Positions 31,122 through 46,915 of a stretch of DNA of 64,000 bases are shown here, one piece after another. The notes under the pieces are model-generated. The model made no database searches. It was not told where the DNA came from and saw nothing but the letters and a program-made list of their open reading frames with translations. Both the position numbers and the translations under genes were made by a program. How positions within the stretch are numbered: position 1 is the first letter of the stretch; the number at the start of each line of letters is the position of its first letter. This DNA is from the human T2T-CHM13v2.0 reference genome, Homo sapiens, in the NCBI RefSeq assembly GCF_009914755.1, contig NC_060933.1. One strand, 5' to 3'.

Positions 31122-34100
31122 TGAGGCTGCAGGCAGAGTTCACAGGTTATGTACATTTTTTGATGTCACTGCTTCAAAAGTAATTGCTCTTATGCTCTCA
31201 AACACAGACAACACACCTAGCAACAGGCTGTCATAAACTAAGTTTTAACCCGAGAAAGCAGCAGCGCCGGCCTCTCCTGCATTTGCCCACATCATCCTCA
31301 CCGGACTGCCTCTTACACAAACATTGGAAATAAGTGGTAAAATGTCAATGGTCCCCAGGCAGGAAAATAATGGGAGAACTTTCCTTTTTCCACTCCAGTT
31401 CTGAGTTTATTTACTGAGAGATTAAAATGCTACAACTCTAGGGGTGGTGGGCTGCTGGCCTATCACCACCATTACTGGCCACAACCTTGGGCTCGAGCCC
31501 AGGGGTGCACCTCCTTCTTAACTGCAGGCCGGATGACCCAGCCACCGCCTCCCTTCTGACCTCAAAGGAGGCTCAGGGAGCACCCTGCAGGCCTGGGCCA
31601 AATTCCGCCCACAGGGTAGCACTCGCTTTTGCTACAACAAAGCACGAGGCCTGCTCTGAGAGTCCCGAGAGTCCTGTTGGTCAGAGTGTGCTGATGCTGA
31701 GTGCAAGTGGCTGTGAGAAGGGTGGCGGTGACCAAGCTGGTGGCACAGGAAGGCAGCCTGCTGTGGGGGCGGTGGATCCAAAAGCATGGATGAGGCCGTC
31801 CCTCAAACAGCTGTGCCAGCAGAGCTCTGAGAGTGCTGCGGGGCCGCCACGCTGCAGGATGGAAGGGCTGGAGGATGGAGGACCTTTGCTTGAGCTTTAA
31901 TCTCTTCAAGGCCACCTCCATGAGTGTGCCTCGATCCCAAAAGATGAAGAGCTCAGAGTTAGGACAGGCCAGTGCCTTCTCATCCCACCCCAAGACAGGA
32001 GAAGACGATTCACAGGGCTCTCTTCCCCCAGCTTTGAAGTCATGGCTAAAAACTCTTGATTCCCCTTCACGGGCAATTTACTAAGCCCCCACCAACCACT
32101 TCCTTATCCGGCTTCCACAGGCCATACTTGGGGCCAAGTTCTAGACAACCTGGGACAGCCTCTGTGCTCTGGAGCCTCCAAAATTATTTAAATTAGCCAC
32201 ATTAGACCCCTGGTTCCATGGGGGTCTCAGATATGAGTCTGATTTCATCCTTGTCTCCTTGCAAGATCATCCTCCTGCCCCGCGTGTCACCTGGTGGATA
32301 AGGAACTGCCTTTCTCCAACTCTACCCCGCAAAGCCAGCCCAGGGGAAGCAGGCTGCTCAGAGGGGCCAGCCACAGCCACAAAATCTTGCGACTGGTATT
32401 TTGGTGAGGAATTGGGTTGAACGTACTTCTCAGAAGCTCTGATCTCCACAGAAAGGCACAGAGCCCTCAAAATATTAGGAATAAATATGGTCACACGGGT
32501 GGAGCCCCTATTGGTGCCAGTTGTGCCCAGTGCCTCCCCGCATCATCCCATTGAATCCTCTCACCTGATGCCCCAAATCCCACTGTCCCTGATTTTTAGT
32601 CAAGGAAACGGAGGTGCAGAGAAGCTAAGAACTTGCCCAAGTAGAAGTAGATCAGAGACGAGCTGCTTGGACTCCACACCGGTGTTCCTTGCCCCTGCTG
32701 CCTCCCTGGCTACAGACTGAGCCTGGCTCTCTAGCAAACTCAGATTTCAACTTTGAATCTGTTGACAACATTATCTCAGTTGTACAGAGTATTTTCCAAT
32801 TCATCATTCCCACCCATACATATTTTCCCAGCAAATATGTCCATTAGCCCAGCAAATGGTGGGCGGGGCTACTACTCCCTTTGATGGTTAAGGAGACTTG
32901 AGGCTTAGAAAGGGTAAGTAGCCGCCTGTAGACAACTTGGCCAGTAAAGCAGTCAAGCAGGGCTGAGGGAAACAGTTGTGAACTATCAGGAAGCTCTGCG
33001 AGCAAGGAAGGAAACTTGGGGTGCAAGAGAGATCGCTGCCAAATGTTTAAAGAAAGAGAAGAGCCCAGAAAAGGCAAGGCTGTGGGTCCCACCCCCAACA
33101 CACGCCCCACTTTCTTTTTCACCCTTGTCCACAGACACTGTGGAAACAATGGCCATTCCACCAAAGCTGCCCGATTTGAGGCAAAAACCTCAATCCCCAA
33201 GTGGACCTCTGTCTCGAGGTGCGAAGGAGCGCAGCAGGCCTTTGCTGCATCACGGCCCATGCGACAAAATCAGAATGATGTCAGGTCCTGTTGCAGTCAG
33301 CTGCATGGGGGCTTCCGTTAGGATGGGCCTTCTGTTAGGCGGAGGCTCGCAGCAAACCCGTCTTTAAGAAAGAGCTTTCTTCCAAGAGAAAAGGCACCAT
33401 GGCGCACACAGTCAATGATATGTATTCCAGCCCATGTCTGGTAAACTCTCGGATGATGGCAGCAAGGCAGGGTCACCCGGGTTCTATTAGCTCAATTAAT
33501 GAGGAGTAAGATAAGGCTAACACCCTGCTCGTCGGGAGGCTCAGGCCCAGAGCTGCAGTAATGGAGTTATTAACCTTCGTCAGCCACTGGATTTTGCTGC
33601 TGATTCCAACTCCATTTCCTAGTTCAGGCCTCCATTAATGGGCTGTTTATTATCCATAGTCCGCATAAGGATCAGCTGCAGAAATAGTGCTTCCTGGAAG
33701 GACCCGTGATAATGAAAGAGAGAGAGAGTGGGGCGGGCAAGAAACCCTCTCTACTTTGCATTTTAATTTTTCTTTGGTCCTACTGCTGTCCTCTTAAGAA
33801 ATTACAGCATCCTTCTCACTTTGGACCATGTTAGAAATGACAAAGTCATTATCCAAGGGTTTCAATGTGTTGTCCCCCAAAAGAAATTGTCATACGGAAA
33901 TAAATTACATCAAATTAGGGAGCTCTGGCCTATAAACTATATGCCAATCTGGTTTTTAATTTCATAATGTACCACCATATTCCATCGTTTAAAATTGGAC
34001 ATAATTGAAACAAAAAAATCAAAACCACATTTAGCAGAATAATTTTATAAACATTGGTAAATGCCCTGATTAAAAATTTCCAGTTTGCTTCAGTTTGAAT

Positions 34101-34202
34101 TGAAAAAAAAAAAATTTCCAGTTTTCTTGGCTCGATGGGGTCCTGAACAAAAGGGCAATTTTGTCTTTGACTATTTTGGGGTCATTCGCCGCATGTGTTA
34201 CC

Positions 34203-34278
34203 AGAAGAACAGGCTACCTTCCCCACTTCCAAGCCAATGAGAAGAACAGGCTACCTTCCCCACTTCCAAGCCAATGAG
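34203..34278. repeat. Perfect 37-bp tandem duplication
   Basis: agaagaacaggctaccttccccacttccaagccaatg at 34203-34239 and 34240-34276. Confidence 0.97.
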
Positions 34279-34515
34279 TGTCTTTAAAATGTCTTCCATA
34301 GATAAGGAAAGCAAGCAGGTCACCATTAGAGAAAAAATATTTTTAAAATTATTTGTACCAACCCATAGTGAGTAGATGCAGCAAATACTCTTTGAGGGTC
34401 ATCCCTTCAATATTTGCCATCTTAGCCTCTTTGTATTGAGCAGGAATTCAGCGTCACATGGGGAAGTGTCATAGTAAATGTGTTTACACTTCTTAACATA
34501 TAGACAAATCTGTAG

Positions 34516-34720
<205 letters not shown>

Positions 34721-34849
34721 AGCGTGTAACTTGTTATGTGAGAACAGGCGAGAAGACAAACTCTCCCCTACACATTTGAATAAGAGTCGGCCCTGACAGG
34801 AGGTACTCTGGGCACTCACGTGCAGAGCAGGTCATAGCCATTCACAGTA

Positions 34850-35270
34850 TCCGTACAGCTCTTTCAAGCTATCAACCACATGCACACATCCTCCATCTAC
34901 TCTCCAGAGCAGTAGTGCTGTGAGGTTAAAAGAGTAGAGATTATTGTCCCATTTAACAGATAAGGAAATTGACGTTAAATGTGTCTTCTTCAAACCAGCT
35001 AGCCAACAGAGAAGGATAAATGCAATCCCATTGCATAAAGGATAGAATTTAACAGTTCAGAGCAAAGAGTTGGGTTCAGGGCTGGCCCCTTCCATGGATC
35101 TTACCTGGCTATGTGGCCTGGAGCAAGGACATGGCTTCTCTAACGCTGACTGCCTTTTACCTGAGCAAACCTCCTTTACTGGGCTGTTGAATGGATGGAA
35201 TCACATAGGAAACAACTGCATAATCAGCACTCAGTAAAGACCAGATATCATCATTATTACTCTTGTTGTC
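34850..35270. mobile_element. Two degraded MIR fragments
   Basis: attattgtcccatttaacagataaggaaattga; ggctatgtggcctggagcaagg...cagcactcagtaaa...cattattac. Confidence 0.5.
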
Positions 35271-37640
35271 AAGATAATGCTGATTATGAAGGAGGAGGGG
35301 GCAGAAGAGAGAAGGAGGAGGGAAAGGGAAGAAGTGTCCTCAATGGACGTGATCTGGGAACAAAGTGGGAGGGGCTGTTTCACGGCAGTCAGAGAATAAA
35401 AGGAGAATGAACTGAAAGATGAAGAAGGAGAAAGAGAAAAGCAGAGAGGAAGTTGAGAAAGGCAGAGCAGAGATGCCCTGTGCAAAGCCATGGCAGTTTT
35501 GTCCTCGGAAATCTAAGAAGAAAGCTTCCAGACCTGAGGGGACAGGCTTGGCCCCAGCAGACTGCGCTGAGTGCGGAAGTGACAGCCCCTTGTGCCTGGG
35601 GGTGGGTGTCTGCCAGCCTCCCTCCCCTCGGCAGCTCTGTTCTCTCTGGCTTTCTGGAGGAAATGTCTGTGTGGAAGGTCTGTTTAGCAAAAGCCAACAA
35701 CGACAACTACAAACCCAGCACCAACGGGGAGCCATATGCAATGAGAAGAGACCTGTCACTGCCTTTCCAGGGACAACTGAAACCCTCTGGGCTCCTCTGG
35801 ATGTGGGACACACATACCCATCTTATTTAAACAACAATAATACATAAAAATTCAGAAACCACCACATCCTCAAAGGAACCTATATAGCAGTTTCCAGTTT
35901 GCACAAAATGACCTGGCACCCAAATGAGCTAATCAGAAATCTCATTCTTGGGTGGTTTCCTGAGAGTCCTAAAATGCAGTCCAATGAAGACAGAAAAAGA
36001 TACTCCAGAAAACAACACCAAGATTAAAACTCCCTGCTACCATTTTGCTGAATGTCATTGCCACTGACTCATCTAGAACCCTCCTTTTACATCCTTTTCC
36101 GGGGATTTCTGAGATAGCATGACCAAGACCTTGTGGGGGAGGGTTAAGGTCACAGCTTGCCCTGCCCCCTCCCTCCTTGCAGCACGGAGGGAAAGGAGGA
36201 TGCAAAAAAACAGTGGGTCTCATACACGGCAAACTTCCCAACATCAATCAGAATCCTATACTCTTTCTCTGTAGTAAGCATTAATTTTAAAAGAAAATAC
36301 TGTGCTACAAGCTTGCAGCATGAAATGAATTATTTTACAGCCAGGCAGAGGGCAGGTTTCTGGATGCAGCCATGAACATAGTTCTTTCTTTGTTTCTTTC
36401 TTTCTTTCTTTTTTTTTACTATTATTATTACGTTTTAACAAACTTTATAGCCCATTTTATTTGTTCTGAAATAACTTTTTTTCCTTCTTTTCGACAGATC
36501 AATTACTTGGTTTGTTTCCCTTACTGTATGATGTTGGAATCAAGAGATTGATACTGCTCAGTGGAATATAATTTAGTATTATGTGCCATGGGTTTATGAG
36601 GTAGGAGTCAGACAAAACATTGCATTTGAACACTACCCATTTATTAGCTCTAAGAAGAGATTTATATTTGACAAGGAGACAATAGCTTTGTTTTCTGATA
36701 AGCCAAAGAGGTCTATTTTTGTGTCCAATACACTGAGTAGCTTACCCTTCCCCGATAACTCTATTTACTAGTGTGAATATATTTTAATAATAAAATTGAT
36801 ATATATGTAAATTTATTTTAATCTAATTTCATTGAACCTTCCTTAAAAAAAGAGCCTTTGTAGATTTTCATATCTGAATTATAGATTTCTGTATCGTATT
36901 CCCAGATTGATTTCTAGGCTATAATTCTGTCAAGATTTCCTCCTGGTGTCAAAAACAGCAACACCACAGCTAGAGTGTTTTATAATTGGCATCACAACCG
37001 AACCAGAATTACAGTCCTGATAGTCATCCTGGTGCTAGGTGGATTCATTTTAGAATATTTCTCTCTTTCTTAGCCTGTATCTGAACTTGAAGGTTTACGG
37101 CTAAGATTACTTTCTGAGTTAATCATAAAAATGTTTAACTGAAAGCTAAGGTGCTGGAGATGGAAGAGACAGAGATGAGAAAGGAGGAAGGAAAATATAC
37201 CTTCAATGACTACGAAAGGATGATCAACAGCAGCATATGATTAAATCTACATTGTAAATCAAGATTTTTTGTTCCTGCCTGTCCTTCGCCCTAGGGTCAA
37301 ATAAATTAAATTGGCATTCTTTACTAAGTCTTTAGAACGTGATTTTCACTCCGTGGTGAACGGAAGAGTGTTTCCTTGCAACCCTGCCCTAAATCAAATC
37401 GGTTCTTGAATATTCCTCCTGTGTGCTTTTCCTCCCTGTGTTGGTCCTGTAGTACTGGTGCTTGGGCTCGGTAAGTAAAACAGTCATTTTTCCCCCCAGG
37501 CTTCAGAAAACCAGCACAGGATTCTCTCCCCTGACCTGTTAATGACACCCTGCCCCTGCCTTCTTTAAAGTGATTGTTCTGCATTTTCCCCAGTGCGTTT
37601 CATCTTCACATAGCTGATGCGCTCACAAAGAAGCTATGCA

Positions 37641-37967
<327 letters not shown>

Positions 37968-38199
37968 TTAACCACGTCTGTGGCATTAACTATGTTAGGA
38001 AGAACAGAGGGTGGACACTTAGCCTTTGGGTACTTTGGTCCCTGGAATTTCACAGGAATAACGGCAGTAAAACAGGATGCTCAGGTTAACACTATCAGAT
38101 CCCCGCTGCCCTGGGCCTAAACAGGTTTCAGTCTTCCAATGGGAAGCTCTGTAGCCCAAACTCTAGGGATATAATTCAGAGTTGAGGAGATTCTAACTT

Positions 38200-38683
38200 T
38201 GGGAAAGGCAGAATAATGCCTGCCCCCAACTCCAAGATGTTCACCTCTTAATTCCCAGATTCTGTGAATAGGTTATCTTACCAGGAACAAGGAACTTTGC
38301 AGATTGGATTAAGTTAAGGACTGTGTTGATATGGTAAGATTATCTCAGGTTATCTGGGTAGGCCCAATCTAATCACATGGCTCCTTAAAATCTGAGACCC
38401 TTTCCCGGCGCTGGTCTCAGGGAGACATGAGTACAGAGGAAGGATGGGAGTTGCACTACGGCCTCTGAAGATGGTGGGAGGGGTTGTGAGCCAAGGAATG
38501 TGGAAGCCTCTAGAAGGTGGAAGAGGCAAGGAAACGGATTTTGCCCTAGAGCCTCCAGGAAGGAATGCAGCCCTGGCAGTGCCATGATTTTTAGAACTAC
38601 AGAATTTGAAGACAATAAATTTGTGTTGTTTTAAGCCACCAAGTCAGTGGTAATTTATGATGGCAATATAGGTAACTAATATG
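38200..38683 (+). mobile_element. MLT1 (D-like) MaLR LTR
   Basis: aggcagaataatg...ggcccaatctaatcacatgg...gagccaaggaatgtgg...ataaatttgtgttgttttaagccacc...ggtaactaata. Confidence 0.85.
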
Positions 38684-39471
38684 CCAACTCACACTATTCT
38701 TAGACAAACAACCAGCCTATTCAAAGGTAAAGGATTTACAGAATATATCCATCTTGGGACCCAGTTATAGGTGCTACCAAAAAATGGAAGGAAAGGGGCA
38801 TAAAAGTTAAAAAAAAAAAAAAAGAGAGAGAGACAATGAATACCTGTTAGAAAATGAATTACTCCAGGAAACATAAGAACATTTTAGATAAAACCTTACC
38901 AGAATGTTCTAAATAATTTAAAGAGAATGGACTCCATGATATAGGAAGTGAAAGAAAAGATGATGAGATTTTTAAAAAGGAGATGCAAAGAAAGCTCACA
39001 AAATGAAGGAAAAATGCCTAAGGGGAAAAGTAAAAGCATTATGGAAACAAAAAAACAAATGAAAAACAGCAAGAAATAAACACAGCAGAAAACAGTCAGT
39101 TACCATGAAGGTCAGAGTGGAGAAAATAATACCAAAAAGAGTAAGGTAAAAGCCACCAGCAGAAAATCCGAATTATGAAAAGCTGATGATAAATATCTAA
39201 CACACACATAATTGGTCTTACTGAAGAAGAAAACCAAGCAAATGAACCAGAAAAATATTAATATATCTACTGGAAGAAAATCATCCTGAAATACTGTAAG
39301 TGAAAGGGTTCCTAATGTCCAGAGAAAAGTAATAAGGAGAACCAAGACTGAGCTATGGCCTGGTGATTGTAAATGAACTTAAAGAGAAAGAGAAGGGGGT
39401 AGGGGACACAGACAGAGGCAGAGAGACAGAGAGATCTCCCGAACACCCAGGCAAAAGAAACACATCCATAG

Positions 39472-39812
39472 GCCGGGCGCAGTGGCTCATGCCTGTAATC
39501 CCAGCACTTTGGGAGGTTGAGGGGGTGGATCACCTGAGGTCAGGAGTTCAAGACCAGCCTGGCCAACATGGTGAAACCCTGTCTCTACTAAAAATACAAA
39601 AAGTAGCTGTGCATGGTGGCACACATCTGTAATCCCAGCTACTCAGGAGGCTGAGGCAGGAGAATCGCTTGAAGTCAGGAGGGGAAGGTTGCAGGGAGCT
39701 GAGATTGCGCCATTCCGGCCTGGATGACAGAGTGAGACTCCATCAAGAAAGAAAGAAAGAAAAGGAAGGAGGGAAGGAAGGAAGAGAGAAAGAAAGAAAG
39801 AGAAGGAAAGAG
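39472..39812 (+). mobile_element. Alu with GAAA/GGAA tail
   Basis: Full consensus; TSD-like agaaacacatc. Confidence 0.92.
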
Positions 39813-40337
39813 AAACACATCTGGCAAGATGTCAGAGGCTGTGCAGAAGGGATTTGGAACACTGAGGGCGGGGGAGGAGCTTGGGGAGAGAAAGAAAGAA
39901 ACATGATCAAAGAATTCTTTGCCAGATGTTGTTTACAAGTAAAAATAACAGAAAGACATTCTCAAGTATGCAAAAATTCAGGAAGTTTAGTATCTATGTA
40001 CCCTAGCTGAAAATGAATCAAAGACATAATCCATTCAAATGAAAGATAAAATCAAAATTAATAAATGAAGAGGTTGAAATATATAAACAACTGGTGTTGA
40101 AATCTTAATCCAGTTTTAAAGAGAATAAAAACTTTGTAAGTATAGTAATTATAGTTAAAAACAGAATATAATTGTTATATTTCTAGAAAGAAAAGCTTAA
40201 TCAATACTGATTAAAAACAATAATCTGTGTATAATAGACTGGCACAGAAAAATTTCAGGATATGTCTGTCCCTGGCTCCCCCAAAATGGAGAATGGCTGG
40301 AGAAGGGGGATGAGGAGGCAGTACATGTGGGATACTC

Positions 40338-40633
40338 TTTTTTTTTTTTTTTTTTTAGATGGAGTCTTGCTCTGTCGCCCAGGCTGGAATGCAGTGGCGT
40401 GCTCTCGGCTCACTGCAACCTCTGCCTCCCGGGTTCAAGCAGTTCCCTGCCTCAGCCTCCTGAGTAGCTGGGACTACAGGCGCCCACCACCATGCCCGGC
40501 TAATTTTTGTATTTTTAGTAGAGACAGGGTTCCACCATATTGTCCAGGCAGGTCTTGAACTCTGGACCTCGTGATCCACCTGCCTCGGCCTCCCAAAGTG
40601 CTGGGATTACAGGCGTGAGCCACCACGCCCAAC
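40338..40633 (-). mobile_element. Alu
   Basis: Poly-T followed by antisense consensus. Confidence 0.92.
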
Positions 40634-43459
40634 CGACATCTTTCATATGAAGGGGTCAAGATATTCTGCTGCATTTCAAAATCAACAAACTGAGAAATAA
40701 GGTTTAATCAAGTCGTGTTGAAGAGACTATTAGAACTATAAACAGATTATCTTCTAAATTAACGGAAGTGGGGCAGGTAAGAAGCTAACAATAACAAGAA
40801 CAAAACTCAAAACACATCCCATAAAGAAAAGATGGAAAACAAAGGAAACCATAATGAAGCACAAAATAAAGTAAGAAAAGCAAAAATAAGTGGGATAGAC
40901 TCAACTATTCAAGGAAAAAGTCATTTCAGATTGAAGAAAAAATATCAAACCCAATTTCATTCTGTCCACAGTGAAGACAACATCTACGGGCTCCACCCAT
41001 GCATCCAGAGCTTCCATATAGCTTTTTAGTTGTGTCATCAACAAAAAATAAGAGAAGCAAAATAGTTGAAAGTAAAACTTAGGAACATGCAAATGTAACA
41101 AAGAAATCAGAGTTTGAATTCCAGATAAAAATGGCTTCTTGAAACCCGCACCAGATTTTGTTTCTTCCCCAAATCCCACAGAAAAACGATAGGAAAGGCA
41201 CTTTGAAAACCTAACCTACAAGGACAGAAAGAACAGGGAAGAAGAAGGCAATCAGACAAAGGTTTCGATGCTGGAAAGCAGACTTGAACCAGAGGCAACG
41301 AGCTGAGGCGGCCTCAGAAAGCCAAATCCTAAATCAGTAGTAGGAAAGCTGAGAATCAACCTCATCTTCCCCAGAAAATCCTCAAAAGGCTCAGGCACAG
41401 GTGCCACCTGGGAACTGGTGGCTAAAATAAGGGGGCTTGGTTGAAATTTGTTTCAGAAGAGAGTGAGTCCTAGATCCCTTCCTCACTCCACCCAGCTGAG
41501 TGAATGTCTCTCCTCCACTTGGGAAGAAATTAAACATTTATTCTCTAGAGAGGATAAAATACAGGCTCTTTGGGCTGAAGAATGCCAAGCACAGTTGAGA
41601 GCCTGAGTCTATGGTAAACACAGGGGAATTAAGTAAAAGTATGCAAACTGCATGCAGTATGTGAGACCCCTCCCCTGCCCTTCCCAGTGTCCTGCTTCTC
41701 CCCTGGACCCCCAGAGAGGGGGTCCTGGCAGCAAGGCCTTTACCCTCCAGCAGGAGACTGCATGAGTCCTCTCTGGGGAATCGGAGCAGCCCAGAGGAAA
41801 AGATCTAAAGATGTTGACACTTGGTGGGAGGGTTCTGCACAAATGGCCCAATTTTATCACCCCAATGATACCACCCTACAGTGAAGACTAAACCTGTGGG
41901 CTCTTTCCATGCACTCAGAGCTTCCAAATCGCTTTTTAGTCTCCCATTCTTAGACGTGAGCAAACAACCAAGGGTAATTCAACATCTAAGGGTAAAAAAA
42001 GACTCTGCTGAGAAAGAATAAGACCAAGACAAACAAAAATTCAATAGAAACTGGTTATGCAGAAAGGAAAAGGAAAAAAGCCTATCTCCCCATCCTCCTA
42101 ACAAAATCAAATATGTCATTAACATTTTCAAGAGATAAAAAAACCATGAAATAAGATCAAGAAACTATAAAAGGAATATTCAGAAAACAAAAAGCTCTTG
42201 AATATTACAGAAATAAACAAACCCAAGAGCAGAAATTAGAATTCAATAAAAATGTTGGAAGAGAAAGTTGAGGAAATCTCCCAGAAAGTAGAGCCAAACA
42301 AAACAAAAAGCAGCAACTGACCACACACACACATACACACAAAATACAAGGGAAAAAAGATATTTTTACAACATTTAGAAGCCCAGTCCTGAAGATCCAA
42401 TACCCAAATAACAGCAGTTTCAGAGAGAATAGAAAAAAGGGGAAAAAATCATTAACAAAATAATTCAAGAAAATGTCCCAGGACTGAAGGACACAGGTTT
42501 CAAGATTAATTTCTGGTACGGTGGAGTAAATCTGACCTATACCAAGGATATAATGAAATTTCACTGTGAAATTTCAGAACCCTGGAGACAAAAGGAAGAG
42601 CCTACAAACTTCCACAGAAAGAAAAAAGTCACGTATGAAGGCTCAGGATCAGATTGGCATTGGACTTCTTAGCAACACTGGAAATTCAAAATTCCACGGG
42701 AAAATCATTTCCAGCCTATAGTTTCTCACCCAGCCAATCTATCCAACAAGTATGAAGATAGAATAGACACTTTCAGATAGAATAGTAGGGCCCCCAAAAT
42801 TTACCTCCCATACACTGTTTCTCAGGAAGTTACTGATAGATGTGTTCAACCAAAACAAGGTAGTAAACCAAGAAAAAGGAAGCCATGTGATATAGAAATA
42901 AAATATCGAATATGGGAGAGGGGTAAAGAGAATCTTCAGTGTAGTAGTGAAAGGCAATCCCAAAATGATTGTCGTGTACAGGCATAAAGGGTGACTTCTT
43001 CAATTTAGAACACATGTGTTTCCGGTGTAACAGTCCACTGCTTTTAAATCATCTTTTTAACTTGGGAAGCAACTAGAGGTTATGCTTTGTCAAATCAAGG
43101 GGGTATATAAAAGGAAGATGTGTAACTCAGGAAGTAGAGACTCCAACTCAAAAGAAAGCCAAGGGGAATTCCTCTGATTATAGTAAAGAAAAGCCCCTGA
43201 TGATCAACTATGCAGTAAGCCTAGAAAAAAACCAGTCCAAACAGAAGAGGAATGGGAGTGACCAAAAAAAAAACAACAACCTGAAACTGACAGATTACAC
43301 AATATGATGGACTTTGTGGGAAATTGTTCTGAAAGGCTATTATGAGATGTGGAAATAATTAACTAATAGGTACAAAGAAAACTAGACAAGTGAAAAAGCA
43401 AGATGATTATTAACTTCAGGAAAATCAAAAAGAAAGGAAAGGAAAAACAAAAAAAAGCT

Positions 43460-43700
43460 AACGCCTTCCAGCTGAGTTAGATTCCTTAAAGCAGGTTTCC
43501 TGGAAAAACCACAAAATTGTATGCTTGTATCTCATTAGCCAGAACTTAGTGTTGTGGCTCCATATAGCTGTAAAGAAGACTGGAAAATGGGATCTTTTAT
43601 TTTCAGACACCAAAGTACTCCTCTGAAAATTGATCTTTTGTTATTGAGGAGGAAAGTTAGAATAAATGTTGGGGTAGATAATTAGCTGTCTGTCACTGAT
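43460..43700 (-). mobile_element. Old MLT1 (J/K-like) LTR fragment
   Basis: tgcttgtatctcattagccagaacttagt...agctgtaaagaagactggaaaatg. Confidence 0.55.
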
Positions 43701-44246
43701 GGTCACTTTCATCAAGAATACATTTCACAATGAACACATAGCTGACAGAAACCTTTATGCACTAAATAACATAGCACCAAAACACATAAAGCCAAAACTG
43801 TAGGAAACACAATAAAAATTAGTGGCACAAGATATTCAAATTATGTTAATATATTTAAAGACAGGGGAAAGGGGTGATTTTCTAAGAAGAGACCAATTGC
43901 ACAAGAAAAGAGAGAAATTCGAATTGACCAAACACCCTGAACAAAATCAATCAAATTGTTAACAAGCTACCTCTGCCCCAAAGTGCCAGATCCAAAAAAA
44001 CAGTTACTGCCGGAGTTTTAAAAACTCTCTCAGATATGGAGAAAGAAAGAAAATCTACGAAATTTTCACATCACTGATACTAAAGCCTAACAAAGCACAA
44101 GAATGTGGAAAAATTCTAATCCATATTATAGATGCATATTAATGCAAAAAAAAATGTAGCCAATACAATCCAACAGCATGTTAATTTCCTTGTGCTGCCA
44201 ATATCATATTATGACAAACTTAGCTGCTTAAAGATACTCAAATTTG

Positions 44247-44875
<629 letters not shown>

Positions 44876-45450
44876 AGATACTCAAATTTATTATCTCCCA
44901 GTTTCTGTAGGTCAGAAATCTGGTATGGGTCTAACTGGGCTTAGGTCAAGGTATCAGCCAGAGCTGTAGTTCTCACCTGGGGCTCACTGTTGGTTGAATT
45001 CATTTCTTCTCACATTTTCCACGGCCCCCATCTTTGAGCCACCAATGCTGTGTCATGCTTAGAAATCTCTCTGACTTCCTCTTCTGCCCTCAGTCAGGAG
45101 GAAACTCTGCTTTTAAGGGTTTGTGTGATTATTCTGGGCCCACCCAGATAGTCCAGGATGACCTTTCTATTTTAAGGTGAACTGATTAGTAATCTTAAGT
45201 ATATCTGCAAAGTCCCTTTTGTCATGTAATGTAATATTCAGACGCATGACAGCAGGGGGCAAAGGTCCTAAGGGTCAAAATTCTATCTGCCACAAGCAGT
45301 AGAATAATATTCCATGAACGAACAATATGCCATGACCAAACCAGTTACTATAGGAACAAAAGACTGGCTTACTAATATTAACATAATTTATAATACCAAT
45401 GTGTCAAAAAGGAAAAACAATTTTAAAGGATGCTGAAAAGCTCTTGATAA

Positions 45451-45782
<332 letters not shown>

Positions 45783-46286
45783 AACTTCTTTAACTTCATA
45801 CAAATTGTATGCACTTCAAACCAAAAGCCAGTAGCACCTTAATGTCAGCAGTACCAGGACAGCCCTTATGGTCAGGAAAAACCACCGTGTCGATCATGAC
45901 ACCCTGTTCTGAAAGTACCGCCCAACAAGAGTAAAATGAAAAGTATAAATATTGAAAAGGAAGAGGCAAAAGGATGAGTATTTGTAGATGACATGGTCAT
46001 CTACCTGTAAAACCCAAGAGAATCAACTGAAAAACTATCCAAAACAGTAAGAGGGTTTGAGAAGGTGGCTGGGGTATAAAATAAGTAAGCCAAAATCAAT
46101 GTCTTTTGTATACTCTTGAAAAACCCCCTTAGAAAATATGGAATGAAAATATCTTATTATAATATCAGTAAGAAGAACAAGAGATAATATACCTAGAAAT
46201 AAAATAAAAAATGCGAGACCCAAGGAAGTGTTGATATTTTCACTAGAAGCAAAGACAGAATATATCCATGTCAAACTGTAACGGAT

Positions 46287-46656
46287 TGTATTAGTCCGTT
46301 TCACACTGCTATAAACAACTACTTGAGACTGGGTAATTTATAAAGGAAAGAGGTTTAATTGATTCACAGTTCCACATGGCTGGGGAGGCCTCAGGAAACT
46401 TACAGTCATGGCAAAAGGTAAAGGGGAAGCAAGGCACATCTTACATGGCAGCAGGAGAGAGACAGAGAGAGAGCAAAGGGGGAGGTGCCACACTTTAAAA
46501 CCATCAGATCTCGTGAGAACTCATTCACTATCATGAGAACAGCATGGAGGAAACCGCCCCCATGATCCGATCACCTCTCACCAGGTCCCTCCCTAACATG
46601 TGGGGATTATAGTTCAAGATGAGATTTGGGTGGGAACACAGAGCCAAACCATATCA
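46287..46656 (-). mobile_element. MST/THE1-type MaLR solo LTR
   Basis: tgtattagtccgtttcacactgcta...gagccaaaccatatca; 5-bp TSD cggat/cagat. Confidence 0.92.
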
Positions 46657-46915
46657 CAGATCAATTTGAAAATCTAAGGCAATTCCAGCTAAAATTTCAA
46701 TGGCAGTTTCTTTTTGTACATGATAAAATCATTATAGTGCTCGTTTGGAATAATAAATATATAAAATAGACAATAAAGAAGATCAATGAGAGGGCCTTGT
46801 CCTGCATTGACTATTGAAATACAGATATGACAAAAGTAAAGTAGTTAAACAGAGAGGTACTACTGCAGAAATAGACACTCAGAAAAGAGAAAGTTCAGAA
46901 ACAGGCCCAGTATAT

